Assembly (NCBI GenBank): GCA_036867785.1
Contig: CP145412.1
Span: forward strand, 310,001-374,000
Reading direction: 5' to 3'
DNA: 64,000 nucleotides
Source of the DNA: Plasmodiophora brassicae
Lineage: Eukaryota
In this document: in pieces, positions 48,437 through 61,600 of the stretch
How the letters are laid out: each line of letters starts with the position of its first letter
Numbering within the stretch: the first letter of the stretch is position 1
Translations under genes and position numbers: made by a program
Notes under the pieces: generated by a model
Database searches by the model: none
Told to the model about the DNA's origin: nothing
The model's input: only the letters and a program-made list of their open reading frames with translations

Positions 48437-51400
48437 ATGGCCACGGCCCTGTACCAGGCGTTAGCAGAGCGATGCGGTCGTCCGGTCGACTGGGCCACGG
48501 TTGTTCGCCCCGATCTGCCTCGGTCGTCGTCGCTGATCGCCGCTGCCGGCGACGATGGTGACCCGGACGCGCCCGGCAGCGCTGTGCCTCTGTACCTGGC
48601 CATATCGGGCGGCGCCATGCACCTGGTCAGCATCGTGTCGACGGAGGCGCCCGTCGCCTGGTCGCTGCCGATGCGCCAGGTGACGCGCCTGCAGGTGTCC
48701 GCGTCCGACCCGAACCTGGCCGTCATCCAGTACGAGGGCGGCGACAAGCGCCCGTCGTCATTGCGCCTCGTGTGCCGACAGCGCCAGGCGTTGATCGACG
48801 CGATCCAGGTGGCGTACACGGCGTGGACCCTGTCCCAGCAGTACACGATGGCGTCGCTGGACCTGCAGGTTCAGGCCATGGCCGACCTGGCCGACGTCCT
48901 GCAGCCGGAAACCAACGACAGGGTCGACCTGCCCGGCACGAGACGCTTCTACAGGGCCGGGTACTGGTTCCAGGCACCCGGCAACCTGGTCGATCTCAAC
49001 GACGCCGTCAAGAACAAGCCCTTCTCCACGTACGTGTTCGCCTCAGGTACGGGGGCGTGGGCACACGCGCGCCGATCAGCGCCTCCTAATAACGTGGGCG
49101 CACGTTAGAGACAGGCGACCTGGGGACGAGCAGCGACGCGCGCCTGCTACTCAGGGTGGAGCCGGCTCGCGACTACGCCCTCGACGGGTCCTGCTCCGTC
49201 CTCTCCCTGCGCCTCTGGACGGAGACGTGCGCGCACGCCATCGCGGTACGCCTCGTCGCGCGCCGTTGGCAAGATGGGCGGTGTCGTGACGCGCGCCGAC
49301 CGGTTTCGCAGGGCAACGAGAGTGGCCTCGAGGAGAGCGCGCCGATCGGGAAGCGCGCCACCCAGGCGAACAGCGCGTACCTGGTGTACGAGGCGGCGCC
49401 CCTGCACAAGGACGACGATGCCAGCGACGGGACGTCCTGGCAGGCCTTCCAGGTGAACGTCGCGCTGGCCACGCGGCACATCTGCCTGGTCGGCCTGCGA
49501 CGCCATCGTACGGCTCTCGTGGCGCTCGTCTCTATGGCACCTTTGTTATCCTAATGGGCTCGGTTCCCCCCATTAGGGTTGCCGCCGTTCGCCGACCGGT
49601 TCCAGGACCTGCTGTTCGTCTACATGGACGAACGCCGGCCGAAATCGTCGCCGCACCGCCTGGCCATCGACGCGTCGTTCAACGAACCCGTCCTGGACAT
49701 TGTCCGATCGGTGCGGTCGGCGTCGGACGAGAGCCGCCTCCCCAGCGCCGTCCTGCCCGTCTACGACGAGATCGTCGTGCGCGCCCGCTCCAACGCCTTG
49801 GCGTAGGTGCTGCCCGGGGCGACGACGACGACGACTGCATGGCTGATGGGCAGGTTCAGGGACGACGCCGCCCGTGCCATCTGGGTCAAGGACCATCTCC
49901 AGATCCGCCCGGATCGCACGATCGTCGGCGTGAAGTGGAAGCACCTGCAATTCGCGTTCTGCGGCGCCCTGGTGCGCCTGATGCCGGCCGACGCGGAGCA
50001 GGGGCCGCCCAGTGCTCAACGCCAGGAGAACTGGACCCGCATACGCAACCTGTGTAGGCGACGGCGGCGCCCATCACCACGCCGACGTTGAACGCCCTGG
50101 CTGTGTGTGCGTGTGTAACCAATGTCTGTCCTGCAGCGTTCGTCGAGGACCCGCTGGCCATCGTGGCCGCCTGCGAGAAGGAACTGAACGTGGGCGGGCC
50201 GGGCGACACCAGCAAGGTACGCGTCGCGTCCGCCCCCCTGGTCGAATCGAAACGATCGAGCGCCACTGGGTCAGGTCCAGGCGACGGTGAAGGCCAGGAT
50301 CGCGCAGCAATTCCTGGCGGCGGTCGACGGTGGCGAGCGGAACCGCATGCCGATCCCGTTGTCGGTCGTGGCGCTGGCCAGAGCGGCTCAGACCCTGCCG
50401 GACCGTACGGCCGCCGCTGTACGTGGGGTGCACCGCTCCGTTGCACGAGGTGCCCCACATGATTCTGGATGCTTGGGGCAGATCATTGACCGCGTGCTGG
50501 ACTACCTGGTGCACATTCGGGCGCCGGGCACCTGCTTCGCGCAGACGGACTCCATCCTGGACAAGTTCAACGACCCGGCGCTCATGGGCGATTTCGTATG
50601 CAACGAGGGCGCCCTGGTCGACCTGCTGTCCACACAGCATCACCGATACCTGGCCGACCTGATCGAGCGCGCCCCGAACGGGTGGTTTGCTGACCGGGCT
50701 CATTGGACGCAATGGTTGTCTCACGTCGACCACAGGGCGTCGCCGACGATGCAGCCGGACGTCTACCGCCGGCTGCTGTCCAAGAATTACAACCTGGACC
50801 TGACGAAGGTCGTCTGTGCGGGTATTGCGGGTGCGGCGCCCATCCGGGAATCGGACGCGCATGCCTGGGAGGTCACCATACCCGCCCTGACGAGGCTGTT
50901 GCAATCCGGGAACCTGTACGTCAAACGGTGGGCAGCGGACGCGCTCGGCGCCCTCTGCCAGTGCCCGCCTCTGGCCTCCATCGTGCTGGCGCAAGACACA
51001 GGTCGTGCCTGCCGTTTAGGCCCGTACTGCAGGTTCGTCCTCAATCGTGGGTCGTTCAACAGTGCCAGGATTGGCAATCGACTACCTGCAGTCGAGCCAG
51101 GACCCGCACCTGATGCAGGCCAGTGCGCGCCTGGTTGCCGTCCTGTTGCCGCCTGGCCCACGTTTCCGACGTAGGCCGCCCGTCGCCCACCACCACCACG
51201 ATGACGTGCCGTTGACGTCCACATCGTGTCGCATGTGCAGAGCTATGCACGTCGTTGGCGGCGCCGCTCGTCCAGCTGCTGGTTCCCGTTGTGCGCGGCC
51301 AGCGCCGCAACCAGGACGTCTGCAAGGAGGTCGCATCGGTCATCGGCAGGTTCTGCACCCTGGCGGGCGACGACGGCGCCCATGCCCGCCGCGAGTTCCT

Positions 51401-52706
51401 CTCCAACGACGCCGTTGCCGTTCTGATGCCCTTCATGGTGCACCACGACATGTACATTGGCATTGTGGAGACTGTACGTACACAGAGGCCAGCGGGCGCG
51501 TTCGAACATGAGCGCACGCTAACGATTGCGCGCGTCCCACATAGATGGGAGCGGCCATGAGCGCCCTGTACTTTGACTGCGACCCGGTGAACAAGCGCAG
51601 ATCGGTGACACACGTCGAGGACCTGCGGTCGTTGCTGATGGCGATGACGTCCCGTCGGCAACGGTGCCTGGTCCTGCAGATCCTGCAGAATTGCAGCTAT
51701 CGATGCTACCCGGTCATCAAGGCCCTGCGCAGGGTCGGGTTTGACAAGCTCCTACAGGCGTTCATCGACGCGGCATCGGCACCTGCCCCACAGTATGCGG
51801 CCTGTACGTACCCGGCAGCGATTCGTTCACCATGCCTGCCGGCAGGGAGACGCAGGAGGGCAGGGCGCTGCGTCAACGTGAGCTGGACATGCTTCAGGTG
51901 CTGTACGACCGCGTCGGCAAGCACCCGGTCGTACAGATCTGCTTCCTGATCGAGACGGGGTCGTCCATGGGCCCCTACGTCCGGCACGTGCCGTCGATGT
52001 GCACCGATGCGGTCAGCACGGCGATGCTCGGCGTCAACGGATTGGATTGCCAGGTGACCACGGTGGCCTGGGCGTGCCCCCTTCCGCATTTGGTCTGACC
52101 GTTGCGTGTGCAGATTGAGGTACAGACGGCGTACGTGGCCTACCGTCTGGCGCCCGGCAAGTCCCATGGGCACACGTTCGAGGCGCCGGCCACAACGGTG
52201 GTGCGCCTGGAGTCGCTGGAGACGGGCGGGTCCGGCAAGGGCACCTCCGACCTGCTCGGCGCCATGCTGTATGCACTGGAGGAGATGGACTGGACCGGCG
52301 ACCTGCGCTTCTTTGTCGTGCTGGCCATGAACCCGTGCTACGGGAAGAGGTTCCATGATGCCGACGTCAGCAAGACTCGGCGCGGCGTCCGCTACGGTAG
52401 CGCTAAGCTCAAGGCGCAGGACGTGCTCGACGATGTCAAGAGCGCCAACATCGAGGTCATTGTCGGTAGGAGCGTTCACGATCCGTGCTCTGCGGACCGT
52501 TGACACGTCTGACCGTTGGCCTGGGGGGCCCTGCAGAACCGCTGTCCGACACGTTGACCATGATGATTGGCGAGATGAAGAAGGTGCTGAATGTCAGCGT
52601 GTTCCCCGACCTGGGCTTCGATGACGCCGAGGATCGCCTGCGCCATCTATCGCAGCTGCTGGGGCAGAAAATCGCCCGAACGTTCCTGGCCGAGTTCGCC
52701 TGCTGA
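48437..52706 (+). CDS. Large multi-exon ARM-repeat protein with C-terminal vWA-like domain
   Basis: Chain of plus-strand ORFs separated by short introns; ARM-like LTRLLQSGNLYVKRWAADALGAL; VQICFLIETGSSMGPYV. Confidence 0.55.
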
Positions 52707-53144
52707 TTCCATGCATTCATACACACTTACTTGAGCTGGCACAGTCCTCGCCGTGTGCACAGTGTCTCAGGTCGACGTCTGCGTCTCCTGACGCCGCCTG
52801 CATACGTCGTACGTATATACTTACCCCGTACCGAGGTCACGCTTCGTCGCACACGCAAGGTGACAACGTCGCCTGATCTACCAGGCAAACCACCAAACGC
52901 CCTGCTCCGTTGTCAAATCGACGCCGAATTCATGGGCCCATCGCCGTCTTCGGTCGGCCAATCTGCAGGGCCTGTTCACCAACGCCAGCACGGCCACCCG
53001 AATCAGGGCATTCACAGGGTTTGGGTGGGCATCGCATCGACCAGTAGCGGTCGCGCGCCTGGGCCGTACAGACCCGACGGAAGACTGAAGTGGAGAACGT
53101 GATGCGCGTCATGTCAAGCTGTATTGTGAGGTAGCGGGCAGTTA

Positions 53145-53872
53145 TCAGGCCTTGATCTCCTTGCTGCGGATCACAAGAATGGAGTCATCGTTAATCGGGC
53201 CGTGGCCGTTCTTGGCCTTGACGTGGACGCCCTTGTGGTCCAGACGTCCCTGCTTGCGCAGCGTCGTGTACTGGTCGCGGGTGAACTCGGTGAATCCCCA
53301 CATGTTGCTGACGGCGATGTGCTGGCGACCCGGGAACTTGTACTTGCTGCGACGGATCGCTTCCAGGACGTGGGGCAGGGCGGCGTCCTTGGCGCGTACC
53401 GACAGGATCACGTCGCCGATGTCGACACGGGCAACGATGCCGGCCGGCTTACCGAACGCGTGACGCATACCCTATGCAACATGATGAGGCAATCATTCAA
53501 GGAGGGGGATCCGGCAGGCAATCATAGGCGTACGGTCTGGAGACGGTCGGCGCCGGCGCAGGACAACATCTTGTTGATACGGACGACATGGAACGGGTGG
53601 GCACGAACGCGCATGTGGAATGTGTCCTTGCCGCTGAATCGGACCATGTACTTGTTGACGGCGATACGTCCGGCTTCCAGGGCCTCGGACGACAGCTGCT
53701 CCTTCTCACCGGACACGAGGTGGACGCACAGCGGGAACTGGTCCGCGGGGGCGGTCTTCGCGCCGACATCGTAGATGCGGATCTTGGCGTCGGGCACGCC
53801 CCGCAGGTATCGGGACTTGATGTACGGCTTGTTCTTGCAGTATCGGTAGCAGCGGGCGGGACGGCGACCCAT
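53145..53872 (-). CDS. RPL10: 60S ribosomal protein L10 (uL16)
   Basis: [42 protein letters not shown]; intron 53472-53533. Confidence 0.97.
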
Positions 53873-54215
53873 GGCTTTCGTCGACAACGCGCGACGCGGT
53901 CAGACAGTGGGCGCAGCGCACTCCGCCACGGACATCCAGCGGTCGAGGCCACTAAGATTAGGGCGCCCGTCCTATATCATGCGCCTCGCATGGTGTAGTT
54001 GCAGGCCGTGCCGCTCGCCGACTGACGCCTGCCGGTGGCCGACAGACGTGCATATGCACGCCGTACATTGCCGATGTGCTGCTTTCCGATAACGATAATC
54101 GGGCGGTATCGTCATGTGCTGTCGACGCGGGACGTTGCGGGTGCGGCCGCGGGTGGTGGCGCTGTTGGCCGGCGGCGGCGCGCAGGCCGCACGCATCATC
54201 CACGGGGGGTGGCCG

Positions 54216-57200
54216 ATGGCGATGGCGACGACGGCTTCCTGGGGCGCGCTTCTTCACCTGCTGTCCGACGACGTTGTCAATGCGGACGGCAATGCGGTAT
54301 GCGACCTACTGCGTGACGCATCGACCGATGACGAACGTCGCCGCGCCATGGCAGCCGTCATGCAGTCGTCCGGCGTCCTGCGCCCGCATTGCAGCGGGCG
54401 CGTCTGGCGTCAGATCACGACCGAGATCCAGTTCTGTCTATCCAAGTGTGAGCGGGACGCCGTTGCCGACCTGGACCTGGCCCTGTCGGCCATGGGCAAC
54501 GCCCTGATTGACCTGGCCGTCTGGATCGGTCGCCGATCGGATGCCAGCGTTAGGGACGGCATCGTATCGTTGCTGTTGGACGATGTGGAATGGTCGGCGG
54601 ATCTGGCCGTCCAGTATGCGGGTGCCTGCGTCGACCTGTGCCGGGGCGATGATCGTGTTGCGGCGCGCGTCGGGGCCATTCTCGATGAAGTGCCCGTCGA
54701 GGACCTGCCTGGGTTGGCGCAGCAGACCGGCGCGCTGCGTTGCGAGCGGAAGGCGCCCGTCCTGGTCGATATCGTGCGGCGATCGTGGCCGGCCACGACC
54801 CGTGACGTGTTGTTCGTTCTGCAGTCCGTTCTGGCGCACGATGCCGATCTGGGCCCCGGCCTGCTGCGCGCTCTCTCACCCACCGTGACCGATGCCACCG
54901 TCTGCCCGGACGTCTGTCTCATGATCCTGATCGGCACGGCCGACCTGCACATCGACCTGTTCATGAGCCAGGCGGCCCGGCACCTCCACGACACGCTCGA
55001 CTCTAGAATCGAGGATCTGGCCCGTGTGTGGCGTCGCGTACGTGATGAACCTGTTGTGCAGCGCAGCACGGCCAGCGTACTCGACATGTGCCTGTCGTGG
55101 ATTGACAACGGGGCCAGGTTGGGGCCCGCCCTTCTCATTCAGTTGTATGGCGGGGCGCGACACTGTCGCTCCGCGGCGCTACTTGCCATTCTTGACGACC
55201 GAGCCGCCCATTCGATGCTGGGTCAGCTGGATCCTATCGACAGCGATGTCGTGCTCGACTGGTTTGACCGCGTGGGACCCAGTTCTGCATCGATGGACGT
55301 CGTCGGTGTCATGGCACAGCGGTTACCCATTGACGGCGTCATGCAACGATTTAGGAAGGCATTGTCCAGTCGACGACCTGACGACCGTCGCGTCGGCATT
55401 GATGGTATGCGTCACGTCCTGTCAAGTGGCCGTGCGCCGGATTCAATCCAGATGGAATGCATTCGCGCTCTGCAGCTGGCTGCGGGACGTCCTGATCAGG
55501 CAGCGTCCGTCTATGACGCCCTGCGGGACTGCTCGCTGTCGGGGCACGTCCACGCCGAATTGCAGCGGTTCTTGCAAGGTCGCGTCGTCAGGGCCGAACA
55601 GAAAGGATGGAAGGCGGCCATCGATGCTCATCTGATCGACTGCTATCTGGTCAGGGTGGACGATCGCGCACTGCTGGAAAGGTGCTTGAAGGTGCGTGGA
55701 CGCTTACCCAGATCTGTCTGCTTGTCACTGGCCTGCTACGCTGTCAGGCGCTTACGTGATGGCCAGCTTGCAGCTCGACTGGTCGAACTAGCCGGGTTGC
55801 GTTCCCTGCAAGAATGCGATGATCCCATGCCAGTATGCCGGGACTGTACGCTGATCAGACAGCTACTGCTCAACGACAGTGATGCAACGGGTTCCACGGT
55901 GCTTGCTCGCGATGTCGTAGTCCAGGAAATTCGGAGGGCTGTGAATGCATGGGATTTCTCTATCTCTCGCCGCGATCATGCCATGTCGTCCTCTTCATCG
56001 TCATCATCCGATTCTGTCGATCTGCGTCGTTATTCGACAGCGGCCGCTCACGCTCTATGTTCAATCCTTCATGCAGCTTTTTCCCTGCGCCTAGACCATA
56101 TCGAGGTCGTATCCTCCTGGACTCGGCAAGCAGTCGATGCCGACTCGGGCAAATGCCTCAACATGCCTGCTGCATCGTTGTCGTTGGAATCGTACCGCGT
56201 CGCCCTGCTGGATGCACTTCAATTTCTGCTGTTATCGCTGCCTAACGATGTCATCGTGCCACCCCATCTACTCGGTGCCGACACTGCCGATGTCGTTGTA
56301 GACGAGTGGTCGTCGGCTCTATTGTTGGAGATAGAAGCTGGGACCGCAAGCACATCTCTGACCATGTGCTACATTTCCCTGACTTCGTATTGGTCGGTAC
56401 GTGCTGGATCAATCGTCATCCAAACCGCGCGGCGTCGCGTGGTTGACGTTCTTCTGCATTTCGAGGTTCCATCGGTACGCCTCCGGCGGTCGCTGTTGGC
56501 CTATGCTATGAGACATTCCAGTTCTCCTGCCGAGGCGCTAGGACTGGCCGCCAATGTGCTTGAGGACGATCAGTGGGATATCAAGTATCGGAGAGGTGTC
56601 TTGCCCACCGTACTCTCACACGCGCAAACGGTCTGCTCTAGTGCACGGACCTCCATAAGACACGACGTTGAGTCGACCGCAAAGATAATCGTTAACGTTT
56701 TCAGTCCACTCATCATCCTCGTCACGGTCTTCATTGAGCTGGACGATCGTCGCTCACTACCTGCCATTACGGGGGTCTTTCGTCTTGGCGCGCTGGCCAC
56801 GTCGGCGCTTCAGCGAGTCATGCGCCAATGGGATGCCACTCACAACGATGAGATAGATCAGTCTGTCAGGGAAGAGTCTTTGACCCGCCTAGAGTCGTCA
56901 TTCAAAATTATTCGCCAAGCTCTCGACCTTGTTGACCGTGTTGAGCATTGGACAAAGTGTTACCGGGCTGATAAAGCCGTAGCGCGAGCTGTTTTTCAGG
57001 TTGCAACGTTTGAAAACGGTGTTGCTACGCTTGTTAGCGCGGCCCGGCGCGATACTGTCTTTGCCAATGAAATTGACCTTGTTCGCCGGGCTCTGAAACG
57101 ACTCCATAAGCGTCAAGATCGCAATTCGAGCGGGTTACGTTGCGGAGATTCTTCTGCTGTATCGCTTACAGCATCAAACCCAGTTCGCAAGCGGCACAAG

Positions 57201-57311
57201 TCGTCTGGGCAGCGATTTCGCAGTCGTGTAGCGTACATCGATGAAGCTCTTTTGGAGAATCCATCTGACAACGAGGCCTACGACGATCTCGAAGACTGGA
57301 TCGTAGATTAA
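54216..57311 (+). CDS. Large solenoid protein, FANCI-like N-terminal half
   Basis: EDLPGLAQQ, VLAHDADLG, FRKALSSR..DRRVGIDG resemble FANCI segments as recalled; acidic tail RSRVAYIDEAL..AYDDLEDWIVD. Confidence 0.5.
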   Translation: MAMATTASWGALLHLLSDDVVNADGNAVCDLLRDASTDDERRRAMAAVMQSSGVLRPHCSGRVWRQITTEIQFCLSKCERDAVADLDLALSAMGNALIDLAVWIGRRSDASVRDGIVSLLLDDVEWSADLAVQYAGACVDLCRGDDRVAARVGAILDEVPVEDLPGLAQQTGALRCERKAPVLVDIVRRSWPATTRDVLFVLQSVLAHDADLGPGLLRALSPTVTDATVCPDVCLMILIGTADLHIDLFMSQAARHLHDTLDSRIEDLARVWRRVRDEPVVQRSTASVLDMCLSWIDNGARLGPALLIQLYGGARHCRSAALLAILDDRAAHSMLGQLDPIDSDVVLDWFDRVGPSSASMDVVGVMAQRLPIDGVMQRFRKALSSRRPDDRRVGIDGMRHVLSSGRAPDSIQMECIRALQLAAGRPDQAASVYDALRDCSLSGHVHAELQRFLQGRVVRAEQKGWKAAIDAHLIDCYLVRVDDRALLERCLKVRGRLPRSVCLSLACYAVRRLRDGQLAARLVELAGLRSLQECDDPMPVCRDCTLIRQLLLNDSDATGSTVLARDVVVQEIRRAVNAWDFSISRRDHAMSSSSSSSSDSVDLRRYSTAAAHALCSILHAAFSLRLDHIEVVSSWTRQAVDADSGKCLNMPAASLSLESYRVALLDALQFLLLSLPNDVIVPPHLLGADTADVVVDEWSSALLLEIEAGTASTSLTMCYISLTSYWSVRAGSIVIQTARRRVVDVLLHFEVPSVRLRRSLLAYAMRHSSSPAEALGLAANVLEDDQWDIKYRRGVLPTVLSHAQTVCSSARTSIRHDVESTAKIIVNVFSPLIILVTVFIELDDRRSLPAITGVFRLGALATSALQRVMRQWDATHNDEIDQSVREESLTRLESSFKIIRQALDLVDRVEHWTKCYRADKAVARAVFQVATFENGVATLVSAARRDTVFANEIDLVRRALKRLHKRQDRNSSGLRCGDSSAVSLTASNPVRKRHKSSGQRFRSRVAYIDEALLENPSDNEAYDDLEDWIVD

Positions 57312-58314
57312 TAGTGTCTTCTGGTTACATAAATTATATTACTTTATACTCCCTCTGTCCGGGAATGATTGTCCGGTTTCATATTTATCAAAATCTTAAC
57401 GTACCGTTTGCCATTTGAAACTTCTTGTAAATACCAGCAATTACATCTCATGGTGTTCGATCTTGCGATGGTATGAAAAGACCGCAGTCGATTTTCTATT
57501 ACCCAAAAATCACCGGATCGGGATCCGGATCGGGATACCGCCTGCACTCGACCCGCACATTGTCGCTCTCCTATAGTTACTGTATCACAATGCCATCAGG
57601 AAAGCAGAACCTGACCGACGAGCAAAGGAATGGTGCTCTCCAGTGGCTTCTGGAACTATCAGTGCACAGAAATCTTCCGCGAGGATCCCTGTCCGCAGTT
57701 GCTTAAGAGTTCGGCGTGAACCCCCGTACCGTATCTCGTCTCTGGCGGACTGCCAAAGAATGTTGGGAGCAAGGCCGTGTAGCTGCTGATGTACGATAAA
57801 AGATCAAGTCATGCTCGGGACGCAAGAAAATGGACCGCACCACCTTGCCAAAGTATTGGAAGTTCCACTTCGGCAACGTCACACTCTGCGATCGCTGTCT
57901 GCAGCTACGGAAATTCCGCGCAGCACTTTGCACGATATGGTGAGAGAAGGAGTATTGCGTCATACCACGAACACGGTGAAGCCATTCCTTACCGATGACA
58001 ACAAACTTGAGCGCTTGCGTTACGCGTTATCGATGCTGAAGCATGGCACTACGACGTTTCGCGATGCGAACGACTTGATTCACATAGACGAGAAGTGGTT
58101 TTACGTGACGAAGGTCAAGAAGGGATATTACATCGTTCCTGACGAGCATGTCCCGGATCGGCACGTTAAGAGCAGTCGTTTTATCACAAAGGTCATGTTT
58201 CTCGTCGCGGTCGCAAGACCCCGTTACGATCCCGATCGCGAACTGCTGTTTGATGGCCGCATTGGGGTGTGGCCTATCGTGCACCAGGAACCCGCGAAGC
58301 GCTCGTCTAAGAAC

Positions 58315-58490
58315 TGTGACGTCCCAACGGTGATGGTATATCAGCCGTGTAGTATAATCGTCTGTGTCCCCGACCTGCAGCTCCCACGGACGCCGTGCGG
58401 ACTCCGTGCGCACTCCGTGCATGTCCGTCATTCTTAGGGCGGCCTAGCCGGATCACAGCTATTCTTGTCTTATAGCTTGGAGCCGGCACA
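58315..58490 (-). repeat. 3' LTR (176 bp)
   Basis: Identical to 63404-63579. Confidence 0.97.
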
Positions 58491-58688
58491 TTCCCCTCCT
58501 TCAACGAAATGCTCCTCCTTGCAGGTGTCTTCAGTGGTGGTGTATCCTAATCATGTCTTCTCCTTAATATAGTCTAATTAACATAATTAAGTCTCAATCT
58601 TCGTAGAACACAGTTTTGGCTTCTGTCGTCACATGGCCGTCGGCATTAAAATAACCCAGCGCGCATCCGGGAAAAAAGCATGACTAGC

Positions 58689-61600
58689 CTACTGGACTCC
58701 TTCCGCCTTAAGTAACTCCTTAACCTCATCAGCAAGGTGATGTTTCTCCTTCCTCATCCTGGCGGCATGTGCCTTCACCAGCTTCGGTACATCCATCGCC
58801 AACCTGCAGATTGGCTCCCATGAATCCTCCGCTTCAGAGAAACCCTTCCATCCGATCAACAATTCCAATTCCCCTGTCTCCGGACTGTGCCTGCAGTCCT
58901 TGAAGACTTCAATGGCGAAACGCTCATTGTCATAATCCATCTGTCGCTTCAGTTCCTCAGTGGCATTCACTTTGCCATGTTCATAGAGGCGAACGCGGTC
59001 CCCGTGAACGGTTCGAGTGTCCGTCTCATTGAACATATTCCTCACCTCGTAGGTGTAGTTCTCGTGGCTATCAGTTATTTGATATAGGCCCCGCCACTTC
59101 ATAAAGAGCTTCTTGCCCGGAACCTTACCCGGTTCAGGCAATCCGATGAGTACATAGTCACCGATCTGAAAGTTCGGTGCAGTTGCTCGTCGGTACGCGT
59201 CGCTCCTCTTCCTGTGTACGGCTCGGATTTTCTTCGATTGCTGCACTGCTCCCTTGTGCATTTCATTCAGCGACGTCTGCAATTGCATGACTAGCTCCTG
59301 AATATGCTCCTTTGAGAGTGTAGCTTCCCCATACTTCTCATCCCCTGGCCTCTTGAACACTTGCTTCAGCGGGTTGTCTGGTTGACGTCCCATCATCACT
59401 GTCACTGGCGCATTCCCGTTGGTACGCGCCTGCGACCTGTGATTGATCGTGTGTTCAATGTTGTGGTTCAACCATGGCCAATCGTATTTGTCCCACTGCA
59501 ATTCAGACAGAAGTGCTCTGACTAGTTGCAAGTAGTTCCTGTTGATCACCTCAATTGATCCATTACTGTAATGCCCATAGGCAACAGTCGGGTGATGAGC
59601 AAATCCACATCGACGCGCCAGTTCCTTCACAACGTTTGCCAGAAAGCAAGACGCCATGTCTGACACCATCAACTCAAACGTTCCGAAGATAGCCCTCCAT
59701 TCGAGCAGTGCCTCTACAGTGGTTTCCGCATTGGGTGTATGGTCAGGAGTAATCTTGACCATGCCAGACAGATCATCCCTGATTATCAGGTTCCATTGCA
59801 GATCATGTCTTCCGCCCTTCTGAGCCGCCATCATGTATAGCCAATCCAAGTGAATCACCTGATTCGGCCTAACACCATGAACAGCTGTTCCCAATGGCCT
59901 GGGAATCCTAACCCCGCCCCTTGTCGGTAGACAGTTCAAACACGCGTTGCAGAACGTCCTCATGTCCTCATCGCAGTGTGCCCAATGGCAGAACTCCCCC
60001 AACTTCCTCAACGAGGCCTTCAGTCCTAGATGCCCACTGTTTCCGCCCGCATGAGCAATAGCGCATAGCTGCAGCTTCAGCTCGTTGCATTCGTCTGGTA
60101 TGATCACCTGTCCCTTCCCTGTGACGAAGAGATCATCACCATTCTTCGGTCGTTTCGTTCCTCTGAGCCATTTCCTCTGAGCCTTACGGATTTCGTCCAC
60201 GGTCGGCCATTGGAATTCCTTCCTTTGTAACGGCCGTACCCGATATCCGTCCTCAATTTGAAGCGTTATCCTCCTGATCGTGCGTACCTCTAGGTGCTGG
60301 TCATCAGGCCCACCGTCCGGTGCACCCCACCGCGTCATAAGATCCGACCACACATTGTCCTCCCCCGCAATGTGTTTAATGACGTAGTTGACCCTCTGTA
60401 TGTCCAGTGCCCATCGTTGCAGTTTCTGCGCCGTTGGCTTTGACACGTCCGTTGGTGAGAATATCCTCACGAGATTCCTATGATCGGTAAACAAACGAAA
60501 CTGCTCGTTGGTTGTAACGAGATAGTCCAGTTTGTCAATCCCATCCTTGATCGCGAACCCTTCCTTCTCCACCGTGGACCAGTTCCGCTCTGGGCCCGCG
60601 AACTTGTGTCCGACGAAACCCAGCGGTTCATGTCGCTGCCCATGCACTGGTTTACCCAAGTCCTCAGGCGGAATCTGTGTGACTACCGCCGCGCTGTTAA
60701 CCTCATTTGCATCTGAGAATAGGCATTGGATCCGGTCCTTTCGCGGGTACGCTAGTTGGACCGTGTCCGCCACTGCCATCTTCAGTTTCTCGAATGCCAG
60801 CGCATGTTCGGGTGACCATCCATATTTGCACAATCGCACCCTCCTGGCAATGGCTTTCGTCCTGCCAGGTTGGTCCTTCATTGCATCCTCGTATATCCTC
60901 TGTAACAGGTGTACCTTCCTGTTGTACTCAGGGATGGACCTACTCATCCACTGAGTTGCCATAAGGAATTGTTGCAAGTCCCTTGCCGTCCTCGGCTGTG
61001 GTATCGCCATTAAAGCCTCAATCCTAGCAGGATCGTGCCTTACCCCTTCTGGCGTGAATATCCTTCCACAGAACCGAACCTCTGTTGTGAAGAGCTCACA
61101 CTTCTCCACGTTGAACTTGATGCTGTGCCGTTCGGCTAGCATCAGAGTCCGTTCCAACGTTCGGAACCAATCATCCTCCCTTTGGGCATGCCCCATTAGA
61201 TCATCGATCCATATGATTAGTTTGTGGAACATAAGTTCCCCGAACACCTCAAACATCCTCCCTTGATACTGAGGGGCGGAGTTCATTCCCCCCTGCATCG
61301 ACCTCGTTGGGTTATACACCCCCTTATCTGTCATGAAGGAGAAGATCTCCTGACACGCTTCATCCAGCGGCATCATCCAGAAGCCTTTGAACGCGTCTAG
61401 CTTAAACCAGAACCTCGAGCCTGCCAGGTTCCTGAGTATCGCCTCCTGATGTGGCATAGGCCACGCCACGGCGACACATTTGGCATTAACAGCTCTGAGA
61501 TCAACACAGAACCGCTTTCCGCCCCCTGGCTTCGTCACCACCACCACCGGTGAAGCCCACTTCGCGTTGTAGTTTTCAACGACTAGGCCATACTTCTTCA

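Noticed and set aside
57811-58437. 208-aa ORF as an intact gene
   Set aside because: Chimera of the broken mariner transposase and LTR sequence
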